From Klebsormidium nitens (lineage: Eukaryota; Plantae; Klebsormidiophyceae): a DNA stretch of 64,000 bases. The notes under the pieces were generated by a model that saw nothing but the letters and a program-made list of their open reading frames with translations, was not told the DNA's origin and made no database searches. The stretch is from the NCBI GenBank assembly GCA_000708835.1, contig DF236971.1, positions 124,001-188,000 of the forward strand, given 5' to 3'. Shown piece after piece: positions 47,201 to 58,735 of the stretch. How positions within the stretch are numbered: the stretch's first letter is position 1; each line of letters opens with the position of its first letter. The translations under genes were made by a program, and so were the position numbers.

Positions 47201-50200
47201 TATGGCAAATCAAATCTCCATCTGGAACCAATTTCTCCTCGGACTCCCCTCAACACCCCCAATTCGCTTTGCGCAGGCATCCCCATTGGGATCAACAGCG
47301 CCATCGCATCACAGCTCACCTGACCGTCATCTTTTGCGGCAGGTAACGGCACTCGACGTTCTCCTCTGTCCACTTAGCCCTCTCCGCACTGAGCCCGCTT
47401 TACTTTCCCCTTTCTGCGCAGGCATTCCCATTGCAATCGTCACCACCATCGCACCCCGCTTCCAGTATACTGTCACCTTTTTTCGGCAGGAGACGGCCAT
47501 TGACGTCCCTGTCTGTCTATCAATGAAGCGAATTCCTTAATGAACTCCCGTCTTGCCCCCTTATTGTGCGCAGGCATCCCGATCGGGATCGTCACCGCCA
47601 TCGCAGCCCCGGCCCAGCTGACCGTCACCTTTTCTGCAGCGGACCGCATTTGAATTCCCCTGTCTTTCCTGATACTATTCTTGCCTCTGAGACCTGATTT
47701 CAGAACCCCCCTTTTTGGTGCGCAGGCATCCCCATTGGGATCGTCACTGCCATCGCAGCCCCGGCCCAACTGACCGTCACCTTTTCCGGGGGGGGTGGCC
47801 ACGCGGGCGCCACTCTGATGCCGTTCCGGAACGACGCGGGTCTCGCGGCCGCGGAACTGCAGCTCGCTCTGGAGGCGGCGGTGCTCGGGACCGGTTCCAA
47901 TGACACGGTGGGGACGGCGGGGGTGGTGGAGCTGCGACCCGGGGCGGTGAACAGCATCCCTCGGGAGGNNNNNNNNNNNNNNNNNNNNNNNNNNNNNNNN
48001 NNNNNNNNNNNNNNNNNNNNNNNNNNNNNNNNNNNNNNNNNNNNNNNNNNNNNNNNNNNNNNNNNNNNNNNNNNNNNNNNNNNNNNNNNNNNNNNNNNNN
48101 NNNNNNNNNNNNNNNNNNNNNNNNNNNNNNNNNNNNNNNNNNNNNNNNNNNNNNNNNNNNNNNNNNNNNNNNNNNNNNNNNNNNNNNNNNNNNNNNNNNN
48201 NNNNNNNNNNNNNNNNNNNNNNNNNNNNNNNNNNNNNNNNNNNNNNNNNNNNNNNNNNNNNNNNNNNNNNNNNNNNNNNNNNNNNNNNNNNNNNNNNNNN
48301 NNNNNNNNNNNNNNNNNNNNNNNNNNNNNNNNNNNNNNNNNNNNNNNNNNNNNNNNNNNNNNNNNNNNNNNNNNNNNNNNNNNNNNNNNNNNNNNNNNNN
48401 NNNNNNNNNNNNNNNNNNNNNNNNNNNNNNNNNNNNNNNNNNNNNNNNNNNNNNNNNNNNNNNNNNNNNNNNNNNNNNNGGTTTTCCGGATCGAAAATGG
48501 TCGTCGTTGCGTGCTTTTAGGTTAAGCGGAAATCATGATTGGGAAGTTTGATTGTTAGATTCTTTCCGAACCGGGATGGTCGGTCAATGCGCGCGTTTCA
48601 GTTTGATACTCTCTCGCATGGTGAACGGCATCCCTCCCAAGGCGAAGGTCACGATCGGAGACTTCGGTTGGTCTTTTAATTATGGCGTGGGTTTCTGCAA
48701 CTGCACTCGGGGTATGCTTTTGCTTGCCCGGGGCGATGAAAAGCATCCCCCCAGCAGCGGGATTTATCTTCGGTTGTTGCGCTTGGTGGGTAGCTTTTGA
48801 CCCGGAGTGCTGTGATTGGTCTCGGGGGATGCTCTTGAGTGGAGGGGAGAAGTCAGGACAACCCGAGAGGCGAGGATCTGACTTCAGTGTGCGGTTGAGT
48901 TCTAACCCAGTGTTTAGGCGCTGCGGTGTGGCGGTTCTCATCTTTCCAGGAAGCGAACTGTTAAATCAGTACGTTGAGAGTAGGTTCGCCCCGGTTTAGT
49001 AGTAAGCCTCGGATGACTTTGCCACGCTATTCGACAGGCGGTGATTCTTCTTGGTCAGTGCGGCAGGCGGCTGAGTTTGTCCTGAAAGGTGCTGATATGA
49101 CTACACCTGCGCACTTGCCAGGTCTTATGCTGATCGTTGACTTCGACCCGGGAGCAATCAGCCTGTGTTCCTAACTCCAGTAATGGCGAATTGTGATAAC
49201 CAGGGTCTACCGTCTATCTCCTGTTTGTAGCTAGTTTGAAAGTTGAAGTTGTTGTCTGCAGACATCCGTGACGTCGACGGTCCCCGACGGGACAGCGTCG
49301 TGGAGAAGGTCAAGGCCGCAACGGAGGAGATTGCGGAGCGGCGGAAAGTGGGGCACACCTTCACCATCGGAAACCAGGTACCTTTCGCCTCCGCCTCGAC
49401 AGGTTGAGGTCCTCGATTGCTGTCATGCGGGAAAGAGCGCCTCGTCGAGGCCGAACTTCCTGGAAATCTGCCGTTGACGTTTCGGTGTTCGACAAACCAG
49501 GTTTTGTGAACTATTCTCCGCTGCTGCCGAAGATCTTCCCCGAGACCCGGCCTCTGTTTTCTGTTTGGTCACAGCTTTCCTATGTCGTGTGATGCTTCTT
49601 CGTCCAACCGACAGTGTATCGTTTGCCGCAAAACTCTCAGGTTCGATCTGGGTCTGTGACGTCTGGATATCAGAAGTCTTTCTGTGGTTTAGGATTCCGG
49701 CTCTGTCTGGTGAGTTCCCGAGGTCGCCATCCTCCTTTGCTTTGCTTACACCTTTCAATTCGGTTTTCGACTTTCTTCTTACATCCCCGAAGCTCCCTTT
49801 TGCTCCAGGACCCTCCACCACTTCCGCGACCTTTTCTGGCGTTCTAAACACCGCCTTTTGAGTTGCGTCTTCACATCGCCGTAAGCTCGTTCTGATCCTA
49901 AACCCTACAGCTCGTCAACCTTTGATCAGGGCCCCCCCGCCACTTCCGGCGACCTTCTCTGGCGTTGCAAAGGCCTCCTCGTAATTGCGTCTTCTTGCCG
50001 TCAAATCATCTCTGATCCTTACTCCCTAAAACCCTGAATCCCTTTTAATCAGGATCCCCCCGCCACTTCCGGCGACCGCGTGCTCAAGGCGGCGGTCGAG
50101 GCGACGGAGCAGCTGCGGCTGCGCTACAAGATGATGCCTAGCCGCGCGTACCACGACTCGCTCTTCATGGCGCGGGTCGCTCCCACGGCCATGGTCTTTA

Positions 50201-51478
50201 TCCCCTGCTTCAAGGGTGAGTCAAAAACGTTGGGGACTACTGTTGAAAGACTCGCTCTGCTTTCTGTAAAAGGCGGGCTCATATTGCTTACGGCGCGGAT
50301 CGCTCCCACGGCCATGGTCTTCGTCCCCTGCTTTAAGGGTGAGTCAAAAACGTTAGGGACGGTTGTGAAGGACTCGCTTTGGAATCTGTGAAAGGCGGGC
50401 TTGCATCGCACCTTATGACGCGAATTGCGCCCACGGCCGTGGTTTTCGTCCCCTGCTTCAAGGGTGAGAGCGAAAGTCGTGACGAATTGTGGAACACTTT
50501 CGTAGAAGGCGGGCTCGCATTGCTCTTACGTCAGAAGGCGTGCTGGCTGTTCGGCGTCGGTGCTTGCTCTTGGATAATTAAGGCCTGCTTGTTTCTAGAC
50601 AGGAGCTGTTTACTTTCCTTGTGCTGTCGAGGGGGTTTCCGTTTGGGCGGGCAGCTTGTGATAGCGTTCAGACGCAATCGAGAAGAAGGTCCTTCCCAAG
50701 AAGCTGGTGAGGATGGACTCGGCAACTATTTGCTGCGGCCGTGACGTTACTGAGTCCCTCTGGGCCCCACATGAGGAGAGTGCTTATCTCAACCGTACTA
50801 TTAGGTATAACCAGAAACGCTGAACAGAGCCAGTTGATACATGACCGCTGCGATCCGTCTGAGAAGATACTGGTAGCTCCCATTTCACGTAAGAGACATT
50901 TTACTTAAGTTCCGAGCTACCCGGGCAAACAAACTAGAAACCCTAACCGACAAAATCACCCGCTCCGCACCCGAACCCACCCTAACCACCATACAACCCT
51001 ACCCGTCTCCCAGGCGCCTATCCTAAGTGAAATGGCTCTAAAGTGAAATGTGAGTTACCAAAGTTCTGAGAAGGAACACGATGGCTGTGATACTCACAAG
51101 AGCAAGGTACCGCTCGTCATGACGAAGCCTTGGATCCTTGTACAGCATCAGTGGAGTTTGGAGTTTCAGCTACTTTGATTTTCTCGTGCGTCGGGAACGC
51201 TACCCTAGCCAGCTTGGACGACTCTTACACGTCAACATTCCGCTAAGCAGCTCACTAGTCAGACACTCGCGCCTGATATGTTGAAGCATCAGCTTTCATG
51301 TCGAGTATTGTAGCCTCTAATTGGCAATAATCTTCACAATTTAATGCCCCACTCCGCAGGTTACAGCCACCGTCCGGACGAGTTCGCGTCCAAAGCGGAC
51401 ATGGAGAACGGAGTGCGGGTGTTGGCGCTTACGCTTGCAAAGCTGTCGGTCGGCCCAAAGACGGACTGCTGTCACTGA
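44214..51478 (+). CDS. UAH: Ureidoglycolate amidohydrolase (peptidase M20 family) with signal peptide; exons 44214-44479, 45219-45509, 46314-46513, 47726-(gap), 49262-49377, 50053-50215, 51360-51478
   Basis: Colinear with plant UAH: VTRILFTDNDIAARRYVK, EDAVGNIYG, TGSHVDAIPLAGKYDGVLGVLG, FTSEEPTRFG, FVELHIEQGP, GGGHAGATLMPFRNDAGLAAAEL, PGAVNSIP, MPSRAYHDSLFMAR, FIPCFKGYSHRPDEF. The TRILFTD, NDAGLAAAEL and IPCxKGYSH segments favour UAH over allantoate amidohydrolase. Confidence 0.92.
46990..47790 (+). repeat. Tandem ~140-152 bp array copying the acceptor and first ~60 nt of UAH exon 4
   Basis: Copies begin after AG at 46996, 47135, 47277, 47422 and 47574; the functional exon starts at 47726. 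Confidence 0.85.
47969..48479. other. Assembly gap (511 N) covering the end of UAH exon 4
   Basis: Run of N interrupting ...PGAVNSIPRE. Confidence 0.99.
49740..50080 (+). repeat. Tandem ~122 bp array copying the acceptor and first ~24 nt of UAH exon 6
   Basis: cag|gaccctccaccacttccgcgacc (49809), cag|ggcccccccgccacttccggcgacc (49930) and the real cag|gatccccccgccacttccggcgacc (50053); the intervening intron sequences are also similar. Confidence 0.85.
50165..50530 (+). repeat. Tandem ~124 bp array copying the last ~47 nt of UAH exon 6 plus its donor
   Basis: RxAPTAxVFxPCFKG|gtgag ends at 50215 (real), 50338 and 50463. Confidence 0.9.
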
Positions 51479-52878
51479 GGGCGTAACCAAAAAACATGAC
51501 GTCAAGTATCTAATTGTGGGGGCGTTCAGATTGATGCCGGAGAAACACCTGTTGGCCATAGTTGCAATTGCGTGTGTTGATTGCGCTCGTAAGAAACTGG
51601 CAGATACACAGGATTTGGTATTCGTTATCAGCAGCATATATTCGTAAACTGGTCAGTAGGATAGTCTGCCGTACAATCAGAATTGTTGTGTATTAATAGT
51701 TGGAGACCAAACACAGATAGGAGTAGCGCGGCTAGATAGCTCGTATCATAATGTTGATAAAAGCTGATTGTTATACGACCTGCCTTTCAAAACCTGATTG
51801 AAATTGATTACGTGCACTGCATGGCTGTAGGTTCAGTCAGCCCCGAATACCGTACGTACACTAGCAGGACGCGTACTCGGTGCATTTTGCAACGCTTGGC
51901 GCAAGCGTTGTCTCAGTAATCCTACCAACGAGGCCCGTCGCATGAAGTTTGCGATAGTACCTATTGACCCGTCGGTCGGACGGCCTGGCCTGCCGCAGCC
52001 TCGAGCTGGTTTACCAAGATAGATATATTGGCCATGCCTCATGGCCGCGTGTAGTGCATGAGTTAGCGCGGCGATCGGGGCCCTAGTCTGAAGTTTGGCC
52101 TCGATCCAATCTTGAATCTATAAGTTAACTAGGCTCCGACATTCGCGAGCTATTTTTTCCGTTTGATCATGATCACGTACCGTCCGGTCATGAATATATA
52201 TGACCCGGCCATGGCTTTTGATCGACGTTCACCATCACATAGCATGTGCCATGACTGATCACGTGCAAGATCCCGCAAAGCGCGCGCGGCGGCGGCGCCA
52301 ATTTATGTTCAAATTGGCTTGCATGCCTAGCTAAGTTCCCGACTGGAAGTAGGGCGCAACCACACATGATGTATATCCGACGGGCTTCAATATGCCGCTG
52401 TATACGGCGCGCCTGCCGCGGCGCGGGCCCGCTCAAATTGACCTGCGCCGCGTGCGCTCGGGTTGGCTCCGACGGGCGTTAAATGACCTCAGGCTAGCGT
52501 GCGACTCCATGAAAAATGGCATGTTGACGGTGCAAGATTTTGTCACCATGAACGCGCACCGGGCAGCACGCACAAGATGACGACGAACATGAACGTCCGC
52601 TTGTCGTAGTGCAGAAGATGCATTAATCGAAGGCACAGGTCAGCCATAGCGTTTTGAGCTCATGTAAACACTTGTGTGGTCAAACAGGCGCCGCCCACTG
52701 AGGGCCTACCGGCTCCGTGCCCACACAGGGTGCGCGCACATGCAATCTCTAGCGTAGACTATCGCAGTCACTTTCAACGCAACACGATAAAAGTTCAAAA
52801 CCTGAGATTTCCGAAACCCGTATAAACCCCCGGACTGACCGAAACCTGTCGTCGTTCAGTCTCGATCGAAGAATGTAA

Positions 52879-55800
52879 CTAAACAATGCCCGGATCCCGG
52901 TTGTTGTCCTTATAGATAAGGTAACGGCTCCTCGTAGACCCTAGTGCCCCATACCTGCAATTGAAAGACGCAAAAGTTACACACCTTATATGGAGGTTTG
53001 ACTTGATCCCAAAGTCAAACTCAGTCGGCTCTGACTTGAGCAGCTTCACCGAGGCCGTTAACCGCTTACGATCGGAAGCGGCCATAGCCAATGGCTCATA
53101 GGAAATTTAGATTATGCAAACAAAGCCCATCCACATCAGAAGAGTCAACCCAGCAGATGAGGTCTTCATTTCCCATTGTCAAGGTTTTTATGAATCTGAA
53201 AAGGATTTGAAGAGGACCAAGAAGCCTCGAAGGCGAAGTCCGTCCTGTTTATTGGGACGGGTGGAGCGGCACGTCAAAACTAGTTCGGCCGAGCTGCGTG
53301 CTTAGCAGGACCGACGTGATCTCAGGTAGCGTTCTCAAGAATGCGAAGTATAAACTACGACGCATTCAACTCGACCCGAAAGTCAACGTGCACTCCATTC
53401 CACGGCTGCATTGGGGCTGGACTTGAGCAACAATGACTTGTCAAAACGCATTGGTACGAATGAAGCTCGGGTGACGGTGAATGTAAAGCTTACCATTGGG
53501 GCACGAACGGCGCCATCCAGATCGCGTCCCCGGCTTGGACCGGGTACCTGCACGGGCACGGGCTCAGGAGCTTAGAGCGTGAAGAACGTCGAAGCGGAGT
53601 CCTGTTTAGGTACTGGTTAGGTTCGCGCGAAACCTGTTACCATTTCGCTGAACAACTATCTGACCGTCCATCTTATGCAAGGCGACCGGACCGTCGAGCA
53701 GTGAGGTTTGACGCGCAGAGGTAACTGGGGCTGATGACACGTCGAACAAGTCATGCGTTATCAGCATTGGCTGACACGTGGTCGCACGAGGCACGCCGTT
53801 GGCCACGCTGCCACAAGGGTGCTTCACTTTTGTTTGAGACCTTGATTTGACAAAAGAGATCTGCTGGAAACGGGGCCTGACAGGTCGGGATGTACGGACG
53901 CCCGAAAATCCGTGCGGCCCGCCATTTCATTCAGAATTACAGTACTGCAAAAGCAAAATTTGATCCGGACGAGTGGTTGTGTTGCGATCGAAGCTTCATG
54001 CAGTCTCGGATGCATGAGACGAAGCGTCCGCAACAGTATTTGGGAACGGTTGACAGATACGGTCTGTCGAAAACGCTGACGAACATTCAACAGCTCACGG
54101 CTTGTCGAAAAGCGTTGTTTGAAAAGTCAGAGGCTCGTCACTCGTCGACAATCAAGGTCCGGATGAGCACTCCATGTACTTTCAACCACTTACCATTCCG
54201 TGATTCGTAACCGATTCACCAGCTAGGATTTATCAAACGATCGGTCTGCTTAGGTTGATCAGCGAGATTCAATCCAGCATTGAGGACACAACGACAGCCG
54301 TAGATGTGCCCTCTCGAAGCAGCACCTGGAGTCATCGGACGGTCAGAGGCTCACCACTTGTCAGCGAGGCGGTAGATCCCCTGGCCCTCCAGGAGCAGCA
54401 GCCCGTGCTGATTGTAGTGAACCTCCTTCACATTCAGGAACTCGCCCGGCTGGAAGTCCATGACCTGCACACAAATGGACGAATTTGCAATGTTGTGCAG
54501 ATATCAGGAGGGCGCACGCGGGGGGGGCAACAATAGTGGAGCTCCTTCACGTTCAGAAACTCGCCCGGCTGGAAGTCCATGACCTGCACACGAAGGGGGG
54601 GGTTTGGAAGACTGTACACATACTAGGAGGGCGCACGCGGGGGGGCAACAATAGGGCACCTCCTTCACGTTCAGAAACTCGCCCGGCTGGAAGTTCGTGA
54701 CCTGCACACCGAGGGGGGGGATTTGGAGGACTGTACACATACTAGGAGAGCGCACGCGGGGGGGTAAACAATAGTGCACCTATTTTGACCGTTAGGAACT
54801 TGCGCGGCTGGAAGTCCATGACCTGCACACGAACGAAGAGGTCAGCCCGTTTGTACATATATTTGGGGGCCAGGGAGGGACGTAGAGCACTTTCTTCATG
54901 TACAAAAACGGGCCCGGTTGGAAGTCCGAGGCATGGCATGTCTGTACAAGAATTTGGCAACTTAATGATACTGCACAAAAACGGGGGCCCTGTTGGGCCT
55001 CGGAGAAAGTTAGAAAGCGCACTTCAGTCACGACGACAGACTCGGCCTCGGGGGGGGCAATTTCCCGCAATCAGAGGCCACTCCAAAGGGTGGATGAGTG
55101 AAAGGTTTTGCTGACGAGTGTTGGGGCCACAGCGCATTGATAAACTGGGAAAGAGGTTTGATGGGGAGCAATGAAGACAGCTTCGACATCCTTCTATGCG
55201 CTGCTTGCAGGAAGGAATCCGCGAACCCGTTCGTCGGGTAGACTCGGAGTGGCCATTCCCGGTCGCCCTTTCTACTCCGTAGTGGTCCGGAAGATGACGA
55301 AGGTCGCGTCCCGACCAGATTAGATCACATCATCCGGGGTGGGACTGACAACGGCACGACATCAACCTTGAGAAAAAGGGCGACGTCAACAAGAAAAGAG
55401 AAAACGACTCGCACAACGAGTCGCTAAAACATGGTCGCCCGTTTGTGGCACGAGCAAACAGTGAGCCCTTTGAGATCCTCCCGTGTGCAGTATAAGGGTG
55501 TAAATTCACTGCTCCATTGTCCGTATCAGAGGCATTGGAGTCGCCATGAAACAGAGAGAGAGCGCGCGACAAGGGCGACCGAGCTGTCATGCCGCAAGTT
55601 GCGGCCCTCAAAACGCTCAGATCAATAACCAGAGAAGAGGCAAGGAACGGCGGAGCAGGCTCAGAGGACCAAAGCGGATGGGCAAGGACAGCACTTGCTT
55701 TATCCGGGGAGAGTGTACCAGATCCTCCAATGGATGCTCTACCAAAGTACGGAATAATGGGGCTCGGCACAGCGGAGACGGCTAGGAGGACATTCTCCGC

Positions 55801-58424
55801 AACAGGACCCGCAAGCAGTAAAGTGGTTAAAACTCAAAAGATGTCTCATGAGTGTCCAGACTATATACAGTGTGACTCAGAAACACCAGACGATATCGAG
55901 AGATCGAATCATATCAAATAGAGGTGCAGAACAACGAAAGCGGAAGAAGGGCAGAGCTTGGAGTCGGCATCGTCAAAGGACAAAGAAATTGAGGAGAAGA
56001 CAGGCCGAAAGTTGAGGAGGCTTACGTGGATGTTGAAGTCGTACTGGAGCGTCATGGGGATGAGCTTGCGTAGTGCGAACACCTCCCCCGGAACGGGAAG
56101 CACCGGCTGCGCATCGACGACCCCGGCAAAAAACTCCGGCTCCAGCTTGAGCGCGTGCTCCTCCGGGGAGAACGTGTGCCTGCGTTGGTTGAGAAGGAAG
56201 GGTTTGCCCCGGAACCGAAAGTTTGGACACGTGCCCAAAGTTTTGAAGTGTTTGACGAGAAGTTCCGGATTCGATATGCTGATCAACGTGCGTATGCAGC
56301 TTTTAAAAGGACCCCGTGCTCCAACGCTTTTAAGGGGGGGAGACGTGCGCCTGCATCTTGGGGGGGTACATGCAGCCCTCCAGTCCTGTAGAAGGGGGCT
56401 AACACCACGTTGACGTGCATGTTGAGCAGTCTTTGTGAAGTTTTAACACACTCGCAGTATGCGGCTCTTCCAGCTCGGCCAGAACCATCGTCCTTACGAG
56501 AACCAGCACAGATACATAAGAATCAGAGAATCCTCAGGATCGAAGTGCGGGAAAGACAGCGGACTTTAGCGGGAGTGGGCATCTGCCGCTGACCTCTTTT
56601 CGATGATCACCAGGAGGGCCCCTTCCTTCGAGGTGATCTTGCTTTCGAGAAGAGAAGGGGCGTAGAAGAAGCCGCCCTTGGCCACCTTCTTGCTCTTCTT
56701 TCCCTTGATGCCGGTGCTGACCGCCCCCTCGATGACATACCCAAAACGCTGTGCCCCTGTAGTTACGACCAAGCAGCAGAGCTTTGTCCGGGATGCTCGT
56801 TGGAGTTGGCAATGATGGTTTGTTAGCGATCGTGGGGATGATCGAGAAGTCACTATGCAACTCCTGATGAAGAATGCACGGCGCACGTGCACCCGAGCAT
56901 TTGGCAATGATTGGGGGAAATGACCTGAAAATGTCGGCTGCTTGTGGGGAGCGTCGGAGACTGGCAAGCGCCCCCAATTTTCAGCTCAAAATTGCTGGGT
57001 AAGAGAGCCCAAAATGGAGTTCATGGAACCGTTGAAGTATGGATTAGACGCATTCCCCCTAACATTTCACCAAAGCCATTCAAGCGGCCAATCTGGACAT
57101 AGTAAAAGCGCAAGTGGGAGGAACTGACGTCAGATGTCAATGAGCATGGTCAGGGCTGATGGAGGCCTCGCTGGGTCCAAAATAGGCCCAAGACTTATGC
57201 GGAAGGGCGGTGCTATCGGGTGTTGGCGGTGAGAGGGCCAGGTTTGATAAGCGGGGCATCATTTGACATGAGGTCCTTTTGAAGCCAGGAGAAGATCCAG
57301 AAGGCCGATTCTATTGTCTGAATCTCCCTTGTCACTGTATGTGTCATGGCCCTCGCTTCGAATTGTAGATCTCTTCAATCAAAGCAGGATTCTGTAGTAT
57401 TATGCAAGTCTAGTAGTTACATGACAAGCGACATCTCTGACACTCTCTCATAATTATGAACTCACCGGAGGGGGCCGATGGAATAGTAGCATTGGCCTTC
57501 AAGTCCGCAAGCGACATCACAAACTGTGCCCCCATGGCGGGAGTGATGATGATTGCAGCGAGAGCATTCTCCCATCCAGGGGGGGTAAACCACACCCGGC
57601 TCTCAGGGGTGATCAGCGCATGGTCCTTCTCTACGTGGCTGCGAGTGAAACCCGGTAAACCTGCAGGGTTCAAGATTGAGGTTACTGAGTCGTTTTGTCA
57701 CAATATAAGACACAGTTCATTGTGAAAGCATTGTCTTCAAAATGTTATCTGTTAGCAACGAATGATGTCTGCCAAAAAGTCTTTGCACAAGAGCATGGTG
57801 AAACAAAGATGAATTCAATGAGATTCTTGATGAGTCCAGATTGGCAGACCACGAGTCAAGAATAACCGGCCGCAAATGACAAACAGATACTTTTAGACAA
57901 TCTGAAGTGATAGACTGAATTTTTTTCTCGCTAAGAGATCCGCTCCTTTCAGATGGGGCAGAAGACCAGCATTTGCCAGCACTACTGACAACTCAACTCG
58001 TCCATGAAAAAGGCTCATAAGTGAGACAGCTTGGTGACTGCAACCATCCGCACTCTGAGGTTCCTTCAATGTTCCTTCAATGAATTAAAATAGCTCGTCA
58101 GAATCGAGGATTGCCGGAAGGACTGCCACAAACATTTGTTGAGATAGAAAGGTACACATTGATGCCTGTTGTGATGGAAATCACCAGTCTACCGCAAGAC
58201 TTTCCAAAGCCTGACTGGCAAGCTTAGAGACGCAGCAGCACAACCAACTGACCTAGGAGGAAGTCTTCTCCACCAGGCGCTGAGCTGGCCCCGAAGTTCT
58301 TGGTGGGGGGCTGGAATTGCAGGGGCACCGAGCCCCCTGCATCTGCATTGCACGTTTCTGCAGACTGGCTTTTGGACACCGAAGTGATTAGGAGTAGCGC
58401 CACCAATGTGATGGTGACCGCCAT
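52879..58424 (-). CDS. UGLYAH: (S)-ureidoglycine aminohydrolase (bicupin) with signal peptide; exons 58424-58253, 57660-57466, 56756-56594, 56179-56026, 54464-54355, 53547-53494, 52954-52879
   Basis: The spliced translation is colinear with plant UGlyAH: [116 protein letters not shown]. All six junctions are GT-AG and in frame. Confidence 0.95.
54410..54950 (-). repeat. Tandem ~119 bp array copying the acceptor and first ~53 nt of UGlyAH exon 5
   Basis: cag|GTCATGGACTTCCAGCCG-like starts at 54464 (real), 54583, 54701 and 54822, with a degenerate copy at 54941. Confidence 0.92.
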
Positions 58425-58735
58425 TAGTACTTATCACCCCCAGCGAATGCTGCAGAAATAGCTCAAAACAACCAAAATCCCATTGGAAGTCGAGGATATC
58501 AACAGTTTGCCAGTGGAAATTGGAGGATAAAACTTGAAACAGGATGAAGCCGAACGAAACCCTAAAAGTTTACAGTATTATACAGTCCACATTCGTGCAA
58601 TTGAGGAAAGAGCGGGGGGGCCCGGGGGGACGGCAGCGCCCCCCTATTTTGAGTGTAAACTGAAGGGCGGGGAATTACACCGGGCGCTGCAGTCATACTA
58701 CTGTATGATAGCCCTATAGGGATTTAGGGTTCCCC
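58425..58735. promoter_or_regulatory. Candidate bidirectional promoter between UGlyAH and GDP-fucose synthase, with a telo-box-like AAACCCTAA at 58557-58565
   Basis: The genes are divergent and the motif is present. The right boundary depends on the tentative first exon at 58736. Confidence 0.35.

Noticed and set aside
49895-51000. Telomere-like CCCTAAA/AAACCCT motifs in UAH introns
   Set aside because: Isolated and degenerate, lying in C-rich branch-point regions; no tandem telomeric array.
44214-51478. Calling the M20 enzyme allantoate amidohydrolase or a bacterial contaminant
   Set aside because: The motifs track plant UAH closely, and the gene has spliceosomal introns and a signal peptide.
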